A DNA stretch of 64,000 bases from contig CAXXWX010000001.1 of assembly GCA_963675745.2 (NCBI GenBank), forward strand, positions 250,797 to 314,796, written 5' to 3'. The notes below the pieces were generated by a model, which worked only from the letters and a program-made list of their open reading frames with translations, was not told the origin of the DNA and made no database searches. The DNA comes from Phycisphaerae bacterium (GTDB taxonomy: Bacteria; Planctomycetota; Phycisphaerae; UBA1845; Fen-1342). The position numbers and the translations under genes were made by a program. Of the stretch, positions 9,535 through 18,895 are shown piece after piece (the stretch's first letter is position 1; each line of letters begins with the position of its first letter).

Positions 9535-10008
9535 ATGCCCCCACCGGTCATTCTAGATCCGGCGACGCTTGATCTTGCGCACGTGGTAGCGGATCGCGAC
9601 GCCATCGCGCAGTTAAACCCGCATCGATACGAGTTTCAGTTGCTCGACGCTGTGGTGCTCTGCGACCTCGAGCGGTTGTTGTTCGCCGGCTATTACGATA
9701 TCAAGCCGGATGCATGGTGGGCGCGCGGGCACATACCCGGCCGCCCCCTGTTCCCCGGTGTGCTGATGATCGAGGCCGCCGCGCAGCTTTCCAGCTATGT
9801 TTATGCGAAGGCGATCCGGTCCAGCAGTTTCCTGGGCTTTGCGAGCGTCGACGGTGTGAAATTCCGCGGGACGGTTGAGCCGCCGTCGCGCTTTGTGATC
9901 ACCGGGCGCGGCAAGGACTGCCGCCGTCGGCGGATTGTCACCGAGATCCAGGGCTTCGTGGCCGAGACGATGGTGTTCGAAGCGGTCATTACCGGGATGT
10001 CGGTCTGA
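9535..10008 (+). CDS. fabZ: 3-hydroxyacyl-ACP dehydratase (FabZ/FabA hotdog fold)
   Basis: NPHRYEFQLLD, GHIPGRPLFPGVLMIEAAAQ, VKFRGTVEP. Confidence 0.88.
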   Translation: MPPPVILDPATLDLAHVVADRDAIAQLNPHRYEFQLLDAVVLCDLERLLFAGYYDIKPDAWWARGHIPGRPLFPGVLMIEAAAQLSSYVYAKAIRSSSFLGFASVDGVKFRGTVEPPSRFVITGRGKDCRRRRIVTEIQGFVAETMVFEAVITGMSV

Positions 10009-10018
10009 GCGGCGGTTA

Positions 10019-10233
10019 TCAGCGGGCAGCTTTTAGCGATCAGCGATCAGCGGTCAGCTTTCAGCTTACAACTGGCAACTGGTGGCCGTGGCGCGAGCGT
10101 GCTGGGAGGGACTTCGGGGAGCTCGCGAGATTCGTGCGGATTGCAACCGGATCGGCGAGCGGCCCTGAAAGCGCATGGCTGACCGCTGAAAGCTGAACGC
10201 TGACCGCTGGAAGCTGACCGCTGAAAGCTGACC
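10019..10233. repeat. Inverted arrays of heptamer tandem repeats (TCAGCNN ... GCTGANN)
   Basis: About 9 units at 10019-10081 and 8 reverse-complement units at 10178-10233 abutting the ATG at 10234. Confidence 0.85.
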
Positions 10234-11442
10234 ATGAGCGACGCGCCGCTGCTCACGCAATTCTGTCTCGACGCCCTCCCGAATCTGCACGAGTGGTCCG
10301 GCCGGCCGACTACTGAGGCTTTGTCGGCGCTGCCGGGTTCGCCGGCAGTGTATTTGCTGCTGGATGCCGGAGGGCGCGTCGTGCAGTTGGCCACGACCCA
10401 GCACCTGCGACGGATCACGACCTCACGACTGACCGACGCCGACCGGGAAAAACGCGGTCGCGAAGATCTGGCCGCCGTCGCCAGGAGCGTCCGCTGGCGC
10501 GTGGTAAGCTCATCATTCGACGCCCGTTGGTGGTACTACCGGCTGGCGCGCGAGATGTTCCCGCGCACCTACCGTGACCTGATCTCATTCGGGCCGGGTT
10601 GGTTCCTGCGCGCTGACTGGCAGGCACCGGCGCCGGAGATCAGCGTTAGCGAGCGCGCCTGGCAAGCGAGCGGCGAGTTTGTCGGCCCCTGGCCGGCGCG
10701 GAAACACGCCCACGAGGCGCTGGAGGGACTATGGGACCTGTTCGACCTGTGCCGTCATCCCGAGCAGGTTCGCCGGGCGCCCGACGGGCAACGTTGCGCA
10801 TATGCGGAGATGGGGCGCTGTGATGCGCCATGCGATGGCAGCGTGTCACTGGACGCTTATGCGGAGCGCAAGCGTGCCGCCTGGCGCTTCGCCAGTGGCG
10901 GCGTGAGCGAGTGGATCACCAAGGCCGAGCTGCGCATGAAAGAGCATGCGGCCAACCTGGAATTCGAACAAGCCGGATTGCTCAAGGGCCAGCTCGAGTT
11001 TGCGCGGAAATGGCGTGACAGATGGCTACAACGCGTCGGATTGATCGAACAGTTCAACCGATTGCTCGTCGTGCCGGTAACGCGGCGCAAAGCCTGGAAG
11101 CTCTACCTGTTCGCGCGCGGCGAGTTGATCGACGGACCACTAGTGCCAGATCGCAAGCTTGTGTCGCATGCCACGAACTGGCTTCGCTGCCTGCTGACCA
11201 CGCAACCAGCGACACCCGAGGACCGAAATACCGGCAAGCACGCGCGCCCCGGCGACGCAGTCGCGCGTATGGAGCAGACCTGGCTCGTAACGCACCTGTT
11301 GAACAACCGCGAGGCACAAACCGCGATGGTGATCCCCCTACCGACGCTGACCGTACCGCCACATCTGGGAGATTCGCTGGAGGAGGCCCTGGCGCAACGC
11401 CGAGCCCGTCCGCCCGAGAGCGCACACGAGGCCACAACCTGA
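10234..11442 (+). CDS. UvrC/Cho-like protein with a degenerate GIY-YIG domain, four-Cys motif and UVR domain
   Basis: LPGSPAVYLL..VVQLA; FVGPW; FDLC..RCAYAEMGRCDAPC; RMKEHAANLEFEQAG. Confidence 0.75.
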   Translation: MSDAPLLTQFCLDALPNLHEWSGRPTTEALSALPGSPAVYLLLDAGGRVVQLATTQHLRRITTSRLTDADREKRGREDLAAVARSVRWRVVSSSFDARWWYYRLAREMFPRTYRDLISFGPGWFLRADWQAPAPEISVSERAWQASGEFVGPWPARKHAHEALEGLWDLFDLCRHPEQVRRAPDGQRCAYAEMGRCDAPCDGSVSLDAYAERKRAAWRFASGGVSEWITKAELRMKEHAANLEFEQAGLLKGQLEFARKWRDRWLQRVGLIEQFNRLLVVPVTRRKAWKLYLFARGELIDGPLVPDRKLVSHATNWLRCLLTTQPATPEDRNTGKHARPGDAVARMEQTWLVTHLLNNREAQTAMVIPLPTLTVPPHLGDSLEEALAQRRARPPESAHEATT

Positions 11443-11469
11443 CAGCATCGCGCGATGCGCCCAACCTGC

Positions 11470-13650
11470 TTACGGTTCGTCCGTCTTCTGCGCGACCAGG
11501 TCCAACGGCCAGGGCAGATTCGCCGCCAGCTTGACGCGCATCTGCAACAAGGCCGTCTCCAATTGAGGATCCTGGTCGGCAACCTTCACCGGATCGGACT
11601 CGAGCAGCTTGATTTCCTGCGGCGTCAGCAGTTGATCATCGTCATCGTCGGCCGAGTCATCGGTCAACGCATCGAGCGCATCATTGGTGGATTCCGGGCT
11701 GCTCTCCGACGAATCGTCGGCGCCATTCGCCTTGATGATGTAGGCGGCGTTCTCGCGGTCGATTACCTTCCCATACTCCTTGGGGCTCAGGTCGATTGGC
11801 CAGTCGGGTTCGATGCCCCACTTGTCGGATTCAGGGAGCTTGTGCGGCGAACGGCCGTCGGGCAGGTAATAGAGGGCGGTCGTCAGCTTGAGCCGCGCCT
11901 GGGTGCGTGGTCCCAACGGCATCACGCGCTGCACGCTGCCCTTGCCGAACGATCGCTCTCCGAGCACCAGGGCCCGGCGGTGATCCTGCAAGGCGCCCGC
12001 GAGAATCTCAGAAGCACTGGCGCTGGCCTGGTTGATCAAGACAATCAGCGGCAGGTCGGCAAATGGCGCGCGCCCGCCGGTCTCATAGCGTTCGCGGCGT
12101 TCACTGATCCCACTGGTCGAAACGACCTCGGCACCTTTCTCAACAAACAGGCTGACAATATCGATGGCAACGTCGAGCAGGCCGCCCGGGTTGCCGCGCA
12201 GATCGAGAATCAGGCCGCGCATGCCCTGGTCGCGCGCCTGTTCGAGGGCCCGCCGCAACTCGCGGGCAGATTCCCCCTGGAATCCAGTCAGACGCACGTA
12301 GGCGATGCCCGCATCCTTGTCGAGGATGTAATTCCACTCCTCGCCGCGTCCGTCGTCGAGTCGATCGATGCCGCGAATGGTCTTCAGCACGATATCACGG
12401 CGTTTGAGCGGGTAGTCGATGGTCTCGCCGGGACTGGGGCGGAACATGGTGAGGGTGACCTCGGTGCCGGCCTTGCCCATGATGTTGCGAACGGCATCCT
12501 CGGTCGTCCAGCCCTTGGTGGATTTGTGATCGACCTCGATGATCAGATCGCCGGCTTGAATCCCCGCCTCGATCGCCGGCGAATCCTCGAGTGGTGTGAT
12601 GACCTTCAAGCGTTTGGTGTATTCGTCGATTCCGAGCTGGATACCAACGCCCGAGTATCCTCCCATCATCATCTTGTCGAACTCGGTGGCGTCGACCGGC
12701 CAGACTATCGACGTGAAATCATCGAGCTTGGCCAGCGCTCCTTCGAGAAACTCGGCGATAAGCAACCCTTCCGGCAGTTCGACCGATTTCTCGCTAGCGA
12801 ACGCCACTTCCTTGTAGAGCTTGAGGAAATCCTTGTACCCGAACTGCTGCGCCTGATCGAGCTTGTCGCGCAGCTCTTCGAGCCGCGCGCGGAAGAACTC
12901 ACGGTTGGCCGGATTGGCCACCCCGTGCAGATAGTCGTAGAGCGTGGAAGTCTCACAGACGATTTCGAGATTGTCGAGCGCCCCGTCGGCGGCACGCTTG
13001 AAATCGGGCTTCTCGTAATAAAACTTGTCGATGGTGTTGGCGGCGTCGCGCAGCAGCCGGTGTTCGACACCGCGCATGCGCCGGTGAAACTCCTCCTCGT
13101 CCTCGTACAGCACCTCAATGCGCGCATGTCGCGCGGCATTCTCGCCGAGCTTTTCGAGTTCCTCGTCATCAGGGCGTACGCGCGCGGCGAGCGTGTAGTA
13201 CGCCGTGGCCTTGGACCACTTCTGATTCGACGCCAGCTCGGCGGCTCTTTCAAGCGCGCGATCCACGATGGCGTTGGCCCAATCGGCGTGCTCCAGCGTG
13301 TCTTCCTCGGGCGCATACGCGGTGGCGCGCGCCGTGAAAGTCAGCGCCAGGTAGACGTCGTTATTGGCGTGCGCTTTCTTGGCCTGCTCAACGTTCCACG
13401 CGAAAGTCTGCTGCTTTACGTCTGCGCGCGCCGAGGAGACGCCGGAGAACTCGTCCAGCCAACTCTGGAGTTGTTTGGCCTTGGGGTCGGAGCCACGCTC
13501 AATTAATGCGGAAACCGAAGCCCGCCCGCTGTCATAATCGCCGCGCAAGATGGCGGCATATGCGGACTCAAGCTCATCAGCGCTGCTGGCCACGGGGAGG
13601 GCCACCAGCGTTAAGATTATACATAACAAGTATTTATGGCTCTGTCGCAT
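11470..13650 (-). CDS. ctpA: S41 carboxy-terminal processing protease with an extended helical N-terminus
   Basis: Signal peptide; YSGVGI, PDZ (PLEDSPA..AGIQAGD), LILDLRGNPGG, SASASEI, SFGKGSVQ, DPQL. Confidence 0.93.
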   Translation of the reverse strand: MRQSHKYLLCIILTLVALPVASSADELESAYAAILRGDYDSGRASVSALIERGSDPKAKQLQSWLDEFSGVSSARADVKQQTFAWNVEQAKKAHANNDVYLALTFTARATAYAPEEDTLEHADWANAIVDRALERAAELASNQKWSKATAYYTLAARVRPDDEELEKLGENAARHARIEVLYEDEEEFHRRMRGVEHRLLRDAANTIDKFYYEKPDFKRAADGALDNLEIVCETSTLYDYLHGVANPANREFFRARLEELRDKLDQAQQFGYKDFLKLYKEVAFASEKSVELPEGLLIAEFLEGALAKLDDFTSIVWPVDATEFDKMMMGGYSGVGIQLGIDEYTKRLKVITPLEDSPAIEAGIQAGDLIIEVDHKSTKGWTTEDAVRNIMGKAGTEVTLTMFRPSPGETIDYPLKRRDIVLKTIRGIDRLDDGRGEEWNYILDKDAGIAYVRLTGFQGESARELRRALEQARDQGMRGLILDLRGNPGGLLDVAIDIVSLFVEKGAEVVSTSGISERRERYETGGRAPFADLPLIVLINQASASASEILAGALQDHRRALVLGERSFGKGSVQRVMPLGPRTQARLKLTTALYYLPDGRSPHKLPESDKWGIEPDWPIDLSPKEYGKVIDRENAAYIIKANGADDSSESSPESTNDALDALTDDSADDDDDQLLTPQEIKLLESDPVKVADQDPQLETALLQMRVKLAANLPWPLDLVAQKTDEP

Positions 13651-13841
13651 CAGCACACACCCCTTCAGTGGCGGCTAACGGCGGACGCGGGCGCACCCAC
13701 GGCGCGATCCCGCTCCTATGGACATATTCATTATACGACCGAGCGATGCAAGCGGTAGCGGCCGCTACCACCAGACGACACAATTGGACAACTGGCCGGC
13801 AGCGCCAATTTGGCCGCGACGCACGTGGCTACCCGCGCCTC

Positions 13842-13908
13842 CTGTAGCGACCTGCGCCTCCTGTAGCGACCTGCGCGCCTCCTGTAGCGACCTGCGCCTC
13901 GCAGGTCG
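13842..13908. repeat. Family A REP with the left half tandemly triplicated
   Basis: ctgtagcgacctgcgc starts at 13842, 13861 and 13882; only the last copy is complete (cgacctgcg-cct-cgcaggtcg). Confidence 0.8.
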
Positions 13909-14154
13909 TCTTTGCGCGGGGGTGTTCCAGCGTATCCGGCGGCCGGCGAGGCGCCGCCGCCTCCACCCGGCAACATCTCGTAATACATTGCCTTCCGCCG
14001 GCGCCGACCATGGCGGATCGTAGCGTTTCAGGCGATGGGCCAGTTGATCAACGCCCAACTGGCTTCCGTGCTCTTGAATCTCGGTACCCGGTTGCCTTCC
14101 ACGCCGGCCGTGAAATTCGGCCATCATGATTGTCATGCCGAGATTGCCGAACGC

Positions 14155-14799
14155 TTGTCGAAGACGACCGCCCGCCAGACTGTGCTGGGCGTCACCCGTC
14201 GATCGACCAACCGGCCCGCTTTTGCGCCAGACCGGGTATGCACTGGTGTCGGCCGCGCGGGATTCGTACGCCAATTGCGAATTGGTCGAAGCCGGCGTCG
14301 TCAAGCTGACGCGCGGTGCCCCACTGGCCGCGCGGCTGATCGAGCTCGAGGACGAGCTAACGTCACTGGTCGAGCTTCACCGAGTTGTACTCCCGAGTCT
14401 GCTGGCGTGCGAAGAGCTATACGCGCACTATCGCCACCCGCGGACTGCGTAATACTCATGGCCCATGCCCGTGGCGTGGTGACGCGCGGTTGGCGCTCGC
14501 GGCGCGGCGCGGTCTGAGGATCGCCGCCGCAATACTCATGGCCCATGCCCGTGGCATTGGCGCTCGCGGCGCGGCGCGGTCTGAGGATCGCCGCCGTTCC
14601 CGCCACGCAGGCGAAAAAGCTGCTGACCGGCAGCGGCCACGCCACCAAGGCACAGATGCAGCGCGCCGTGCAGACAACGTTGCGGCTGCCCGTCGCACCG
14701 GAACCGCATGACGTGGCGGACGCGATTGCGATCGCTTTGTGCGGCGTGCAGATTGACGCGGCGTCGAATATCGCCCAGTCATGCGAGACCAGCCCATGA
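14155..14799 (+). pseudogene. ruvC: Holliday junction resolvase RuvC, broken by indels and an internal duplication (possibly an assembly artefact)
   Basis: Segments in different frames: TVLGV; QTGYA..EAGVV..LAARL..LACEELYAHYRHPRTA; ILMAHARG; KKLLTGSGHATKAQMQ..PHDVADAIAIALC; stop overlaps the ruvA start (ATGA). Confidence 0.85.
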
Positions 14800-15416
14800 T
14801 CTGTCAACTGACCGGCCGCTTGCTGCGCGTGACCGACAGCGCCGCCATCTTGCAGGCCGGCGCGCTGGCGTACGAGGTGCTCGTGCCGGCCGCGACGATT
14901 GCCGATTTGCAGCGGCTCGACGGCAACGAGATAACGTTGTTCACGGTGCACTACCTCGACGGTAGCCTGGCGACCGGAAACCTCGTGCCGCGCCTGGTCG
15001 GCTTTCTCACCGAGCCCGAGCGCGAGTTTTTTCACTTGCTCAACAAGGTCAAGGGCATCAGCACGCGCAAGGCACTGCGCGCCATGAGCATATCCTGTCA
15101 CCAGTTCGCGATTGCGATCGAGCAGGGAGATGTGCGCCTATTGACCAGCCTGCCGGAAATCGGCAAGCGAACCGCCGCCCAGATCGTGACCGAGCTGCGC
15201 GGCCAGATGCAGCAGTACGTCCTGCCCAGCGCCCGACCGCTGCCGGAGTCGGAGCTGACCGATGCGCAACTCGTGGCGGTGGATGTGCTTGTGCAATGGG
15301 GAGATCGACGAGCGGACGCACAGCGCTGGGTCGCCGACGCCGTACAGACCGATCCCGCTCTGACCGAGCCGGAAGACATCATCAGGGCGGCGTACAAGGC
15401 AAAGGCCAGGAGTTAG
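14796..15416 (+). CDS. ruvA: Holliday junction branch migration protein RuvA
   Basis: MICQLTGRL, LVGF..EREFF.LL.KVKGI..RKAL, LPEIGKRTAAQIVTEL; lies between ruvC and ruvB. Confidence 0.93.
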   Translation: MICQLTGRLLRVTDSAAILQAGALAYEVLVPAATIADLQRLDGNEITLFTVHYLDGSLATGNLVPRLVGFLTEPEREFFHLLNKVKGISTRKALRAMSISCHQFAIAIEQGDVRLLTSLPEIGKRTAAQIVTELRGQMQQYVLPSARPLPESELTDAQLVAVDVLVQWGDRRADAQRWVADAVQTDPALTEPEDIIRAAYKAKARS

Positions 15417-15422
15417 GGCGCA

Positions 15423-15575
15423 GGCCACGAGGCCACAAGGCCACGAGGAAAAAACGGCTCTTGCGGCCGCGCGCTTTGTTTCTGTATTCTGTTTTTGCTT
15501 CTTGCCTGGTTGCCTTGTGGCTGCCTTGTTGCCTTGTGGCCTCGTGGCCTCGTGGCCTCGTGCCCTTGTGGCCTC
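15423..15575. repeat. Inverted arrays of octamer tandem repeats (GGCCACRA ... CCTYGTGG)
   Basis: 3 units at 15423-15446 and about 7 reverse-complement units at 15513-15575, between ruvA and ruvB. Confidence 0.8.
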
Positions 15576-15586
15576 CTGGAGTAATC

Positions 15587-16618
15587 GTGACCATTGAACG
15601 TGTCTTCAGCCGACCGACGCCCGATGAAGAGCGGTTTCTCACGTCACTGCGGCCGCAACGGCTCGGCGAGTGCATTGGCCAGGAGGTCGTGCGCGAACAG
15701 CTCAGCATCGCGCTGGACGCCGCGCGACAGCGGGGTGAGCCGCTCGACCACGTACTGCTGGATGGGCCGCCCGGGCTGGGCAAGACCACGCTGGCACACG
15801 TGATCGCCAATGAGATGGGGGCACGCATCCACATCACCAGCGGCCCGGCCATTATGCGCCAGGGCGATCTGATGATGCTCCTGACACAGCTCGAAACCGG
15901 CGATGTGCTGTTCATCGATGAGGTACACCGGCTCAACAAGGCCATCGAGGAGTTTCTCTACCCGGCCCTCGAAGACTTCCGCGTCGACTACACCACCGAG
16001 AGCGGCATCGGCGGGCGAACGGTCAACTTCAACCTGAAGCAGTTCACGCTGGTCGGAGCCACGACGCGCGCCGGCATGTTGTCCGGCGCCTTGCGCAGCC
16101 GCATCGGACTGCCCTTTCACCTGCAATATTACAACGCCGACGAACTTACGCAGATTGTCACACGCAGCGCAGGGCTGCTGGAAGTTCCCGCCCAGGATGA
16201 CGCGCTGCGGCGCCTGGCATCGCGCTCGCGCGGCACGCCTCGCATCGTTAACCGCTTGCTGCGACGGGTGCGCGACTACGCCGAGGTGCGCGGCGACGGA
16301 AATCTGCTGCCTGACATCGTCGATGCGGCGCTTCAGATCCTGCAAATCGACGAGTTGGGACTCGATGAGCTCGATCGGCAGTATCTGGAGACGTTGATCA
16401 GGCATTACGACGGCGGCCCGGCGGGCATCGAGGCCATCGCCGCCAGCATGGGCCACGAGCGCGACACGCTGGAAGACGTCGTCGAGCCATACCTGCTCCA
16501 GATCGGGTTTGTCGTGCGCACGCCGCGCGGCCGTGTCGTGCGCCCGGCCGCATTCGAGCATCTAGGCCTGACACCGCCCGCGCGCGGTGACAGTCAACAG
16601 CCCGGCCTGTTCGACTGA
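15587..16618 (+). CDS. ruvB: Holliday junction DNA helicase RuvB
   Basis: LRPQRL, GPPGLGKTTLA, LFIDEVHRL, LVGATTR, SRGTPR, EPYL, RTPRGR; GGAG before GTG 15587. Confidence 0.97.
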   Translation: MTIERVFSRPTPDEERFLTSLRPQRLGECIGQEVVREQLSIALDAARQRGEPLDHVLLDGPPGLGKTTLAHVIANEMGARIHITSGPAIMRQGDLMMLLTQLETGDVLFIDEVHRLNKAIEEFLYPALEDFRVDYTTESGIGGRTVNFNLKQFTLVGATTRAGMLSGALRSRIGLPFHLQYYNADELTQIVTRSAGLLEVPAQDDALRRLASRSRGTPRIVNRLLRRVRDYAEVRGDGNLLPDIVDAALQILQIDELGLDELDRQYLETLIRHYDGGPAGIEAIAASMGHERDTLEDVVEPYLLQIGFVVRTPRGRVVRPAAFEHLGLTPPARGDSQQPGLFD

Positions 16619-16662
16619 CCTTCGCGCGGTCGGACGTTCTTGCGGGGCGGCTCTCGGCGGTG

Positions 16663-16687
16663 CGTCCGACTCGGGGTCGGACGCTAC
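16663..16687. repeat. REP-like palindrome, family B
   Basis: cgtccgac-tcggg-gtcggacg-CTAC, essentially the reverse complement of the copy at 59550-59575; related copy at 18033. Confidence 0.65.
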
Positions 16688-16815
16688 GGTAGGCGCGTTT
16701 ATTCCAGCCACGACTGCTTTCTGTGTATTCCGGTCAAATGCGCCAGCGCGCGCGTCAGGCGCGCTTCCCTTTCATTGTGGAGGATGAGCCCGTTGGTCTG
16801 GCACGGAGGTGCATC

Positions 16816-17370
16816 ATGGCACGCTGGCTTGGTCCGATGTTTCTGCTCGTCATACCGGTCACCATCGCGCTTGAACAGGCGGCGCTTTTGCTCATCATGG
16901 AAGGGGTGACCTGGGGGGCGGCCTATTACAACGCGGCCCTCGTCTTTCTTGTCACAACGCCGATGCTGACGCTGCTGGGTGGCACGATCGTGGCCTGGTC
17001 CACGGTTGTGCCGTTGACCGGGCGCGTGATCACCGCCGCGGTGTTCTGGGCCGCCGCGCTGCTCGGCGCGACGAGTGTGGCGGTCGCGTGTGGAGCGCTG
17101 GGCGCGAGCAGAGTGCCGAGTCCCACGGCGCTCGCGCTGCCGATCGGGATCAACCTGATCGGCGGGCTGATCGCCGTCGTCGCGGTCAATCAGGCGGTGT
17201 TGCGGGCGCGCGCGGTCGCGACGCGGTCACGGCGTGTGCCCTGTCCTGGATGCGGCTACGACATGCGCGGGCAGAAAGAGTGTCGTTGCCCGGAGTGTGG
17301 CAGGCAGTTTTCCCTCTCCGAACTGCTGGTCATTCCGGGCGTTGAAGTGGACGTGCGCGGTCTGGCATGA
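16816..17370 (+). CDS. Membrane protein with a C-terminal zinc ribbon
   Basis: Four TM stretches followed by CPGCGYDMRG..CPECG; GGAGG RBS. Confidence 0.8.
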   Translation: MARWLGPMFLLVIPVTIALEQAALLLIMEGVTWGAAYYNAALVFLVTTPMLTLLGGTIVAWSTVVPLTGRVITAAVFWAAALLGATSVAVACGALGASRVPSPTALALPIGINLIGGLIAVVAVNQAVLRARAVATRSRRVPCPGCGYDMRGQKECRCPECGRQFSLSELLVIPGVEVDVRGLA

Positions 17371-17600
17371 CGCGCGATTTTTGTCGGCCGCCCGGGGGCA
17401 CGGCAGCGATCGGGCCGTGCTCACGCGGCGGCTTCCGAAAACCGGTTTTCAACCGGTGAGAACGCGTGACAACCACCGGCTACAAGCCGGTGCCACAGTC
17501 ATGCGTGAGGCCCTATACTCATAACACGTGGTCATGGTTACGGGGCGTACGGGCGCCGCGCGCAATGAGATCACGCGTCACAGACCGCCGGGAGAGGATA

Positions 17601-17993
17601 TTGAGCCCTGAGCAAGCGATGGTGAAGGAGTTTCATGAGAAGTACGAGGCGCCGGTCGGGCGGCGCCCCGAGCAAATCGGCATCAAAGACCGCATGCGCC
17701 GCGCCCGGCTGATCTTCAGCGAAGCCGCCGAGTTCATCGACGCCGCGGATCAGGATGATTTTGTCGAAATGGTTGACGCGCTGGCCGATCTGCTGGTGGT
17801 TGTTTACGGGGCGGCGGTCGAAATGGGTGTCGATCTCGAGCCGGTTTTCGCCGAGGTACAGCGCTCGAACATGTCGAAGGACGGCGGGAAGGACGCCGGC
17901 GGGAAAATTCTCAAGGGGCCGGGTTTCTCGCCACCCGATATCACGGGCCAACTGATCCGCCAGGGCTGGACGCCTCCGGCCGCGTCAACATAG
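17601..17993 (+). CDS. MazG-like nucleoside triphosphate pyrophosphohydrolase
   Basis: VKEFHEKY, SEAAEF, VDALADLL, EVQRSNMSK, GKILKG. Confidence 0.85.
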   Translation: MSPEQAMVKEFHEKYEAPVGRRPEQIGIKDRMRRARLIFSEAAEFIDAADQDDFVEMVDALADLLVVVYGAAVEMGVDLEPVFAEVQRSNMSKDGGKDAGGKILKGPGFSPPDITGQLIRQGWTPPAAST

Positions 17994-18132
17994 GCGCGGC
18001 GCATGACGGCGCTTATGGAACTGGTCAGTCAACGGCCGACAGGGGCGTCGGCCGCTATGGATTGGTGGGCGTCGGCGGCCGTCTGCGTGGTGGGACCGGC
18101 CTCGGGACGAGCGTCCGTGGTCTGTGTGCGTG

Positions 18133-18573
18133 TTACTCGATCTTGGCCAGCGCCGGCGTGAGGGCCTCGATCGCAGCGGTGGTGTCCTCTTCGCTGGCGA
18201 AGCGCAGGTAGATCACCGCACCGCCGCGCGCCGCCGCCGCGGACAGACCGGTGATGTTGATCCCCTCACTTGCGAGCGTGCCGGCCACACCCGCCGCCAG
18301 GCCCGGTCGATCGGGGCCAACCAGGCGCAGCGTGTACATCGTATCGGCCCGGTGCAGTCCGACATCGTTGGCGGCCTGCTCCTGTTCGGGCGTGGTGAGC
18401 GGCGCCACATACACGACCCCACGGCCGGGCTGCTCGCGCGTCGGGCGCGTGATGACAAATTCGAGATCCGCCCCCGCCGTCATCATGATATGGGCCAGCT
18501 TGGATGACAACGCCCCGGGGCGATCCTCCAATTCACCAGCCCAAACGTCCACCTTGGAGATCTCGAACAGCAT
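18133..18573 (-). CDS. Tandem ACT domain protein
   Basis: LEDRPGAL and GPDRPGLAA..LASEGINI; GGAGG RBS. Confidence 0.85.
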   Translation of the reverse strand: MLFEISKVDVWAGELEDRPGALSSKLAHIMMTAGADLEFVITRPTREQPGRGVVYVAPLTTPEQEQAANDVGLHRADTMYTLRLVGPDRPGLAAGVAGTLASEGINITGLSAAAARGGAVIYLRFASEEDTTAAIEALTPALAKIE

Positions 18574-18895
18574 GATAGTGCCTCCGCGAGGATCCTGACT
18601 GCCACGTGTATGGTCCGCGGTCGGCCCCCCTCTCGTCAAGCCGACGGCGGCGGGAACGCAATTCGCAGGCAGAGATTCCACAAATCACGGATGGCACGGC
18701 GTGCGGGTTGTTCGTTTGCGCGCGTGACCAACCGTGCCGCCTTAGCGGTGTCCAAATACCATCGATTCGGTGAAATACGTGGACACCGGGGCGCAATCGG
18801 TGGAAAATCCGCCTGGACTTGCGCACGAGTGCCGCATGGCGGCATCATCGTCGGCGCTAATCGATGCACGGCAAGCTCGCTCACGGCTGAGTTCA

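Noticed and set aside
11455..13506. 683-aa + strand ORF, and similar long antisense ORFs at 7685-9034, 27401-29038 and 49552-50562
   Set aside because: Antisense shadows of well-supported genes, expected at high GC; no recognisable motifs.
13960..14130. Possible small minus-strand gene fragment (EIQEHGSQLGVDQLAHRLKRYD ... KAMYYEML)
   Set aside because: Looks protein-like but is split across frames in an error-prone region, and I recognise no family.
15296..15586. Hydrophobic N-terminal extension of RuvB in the ORF track
   Set aside because: It is the translated octamer repeat; the real start is GTG 15587 with a GGAG RBS.
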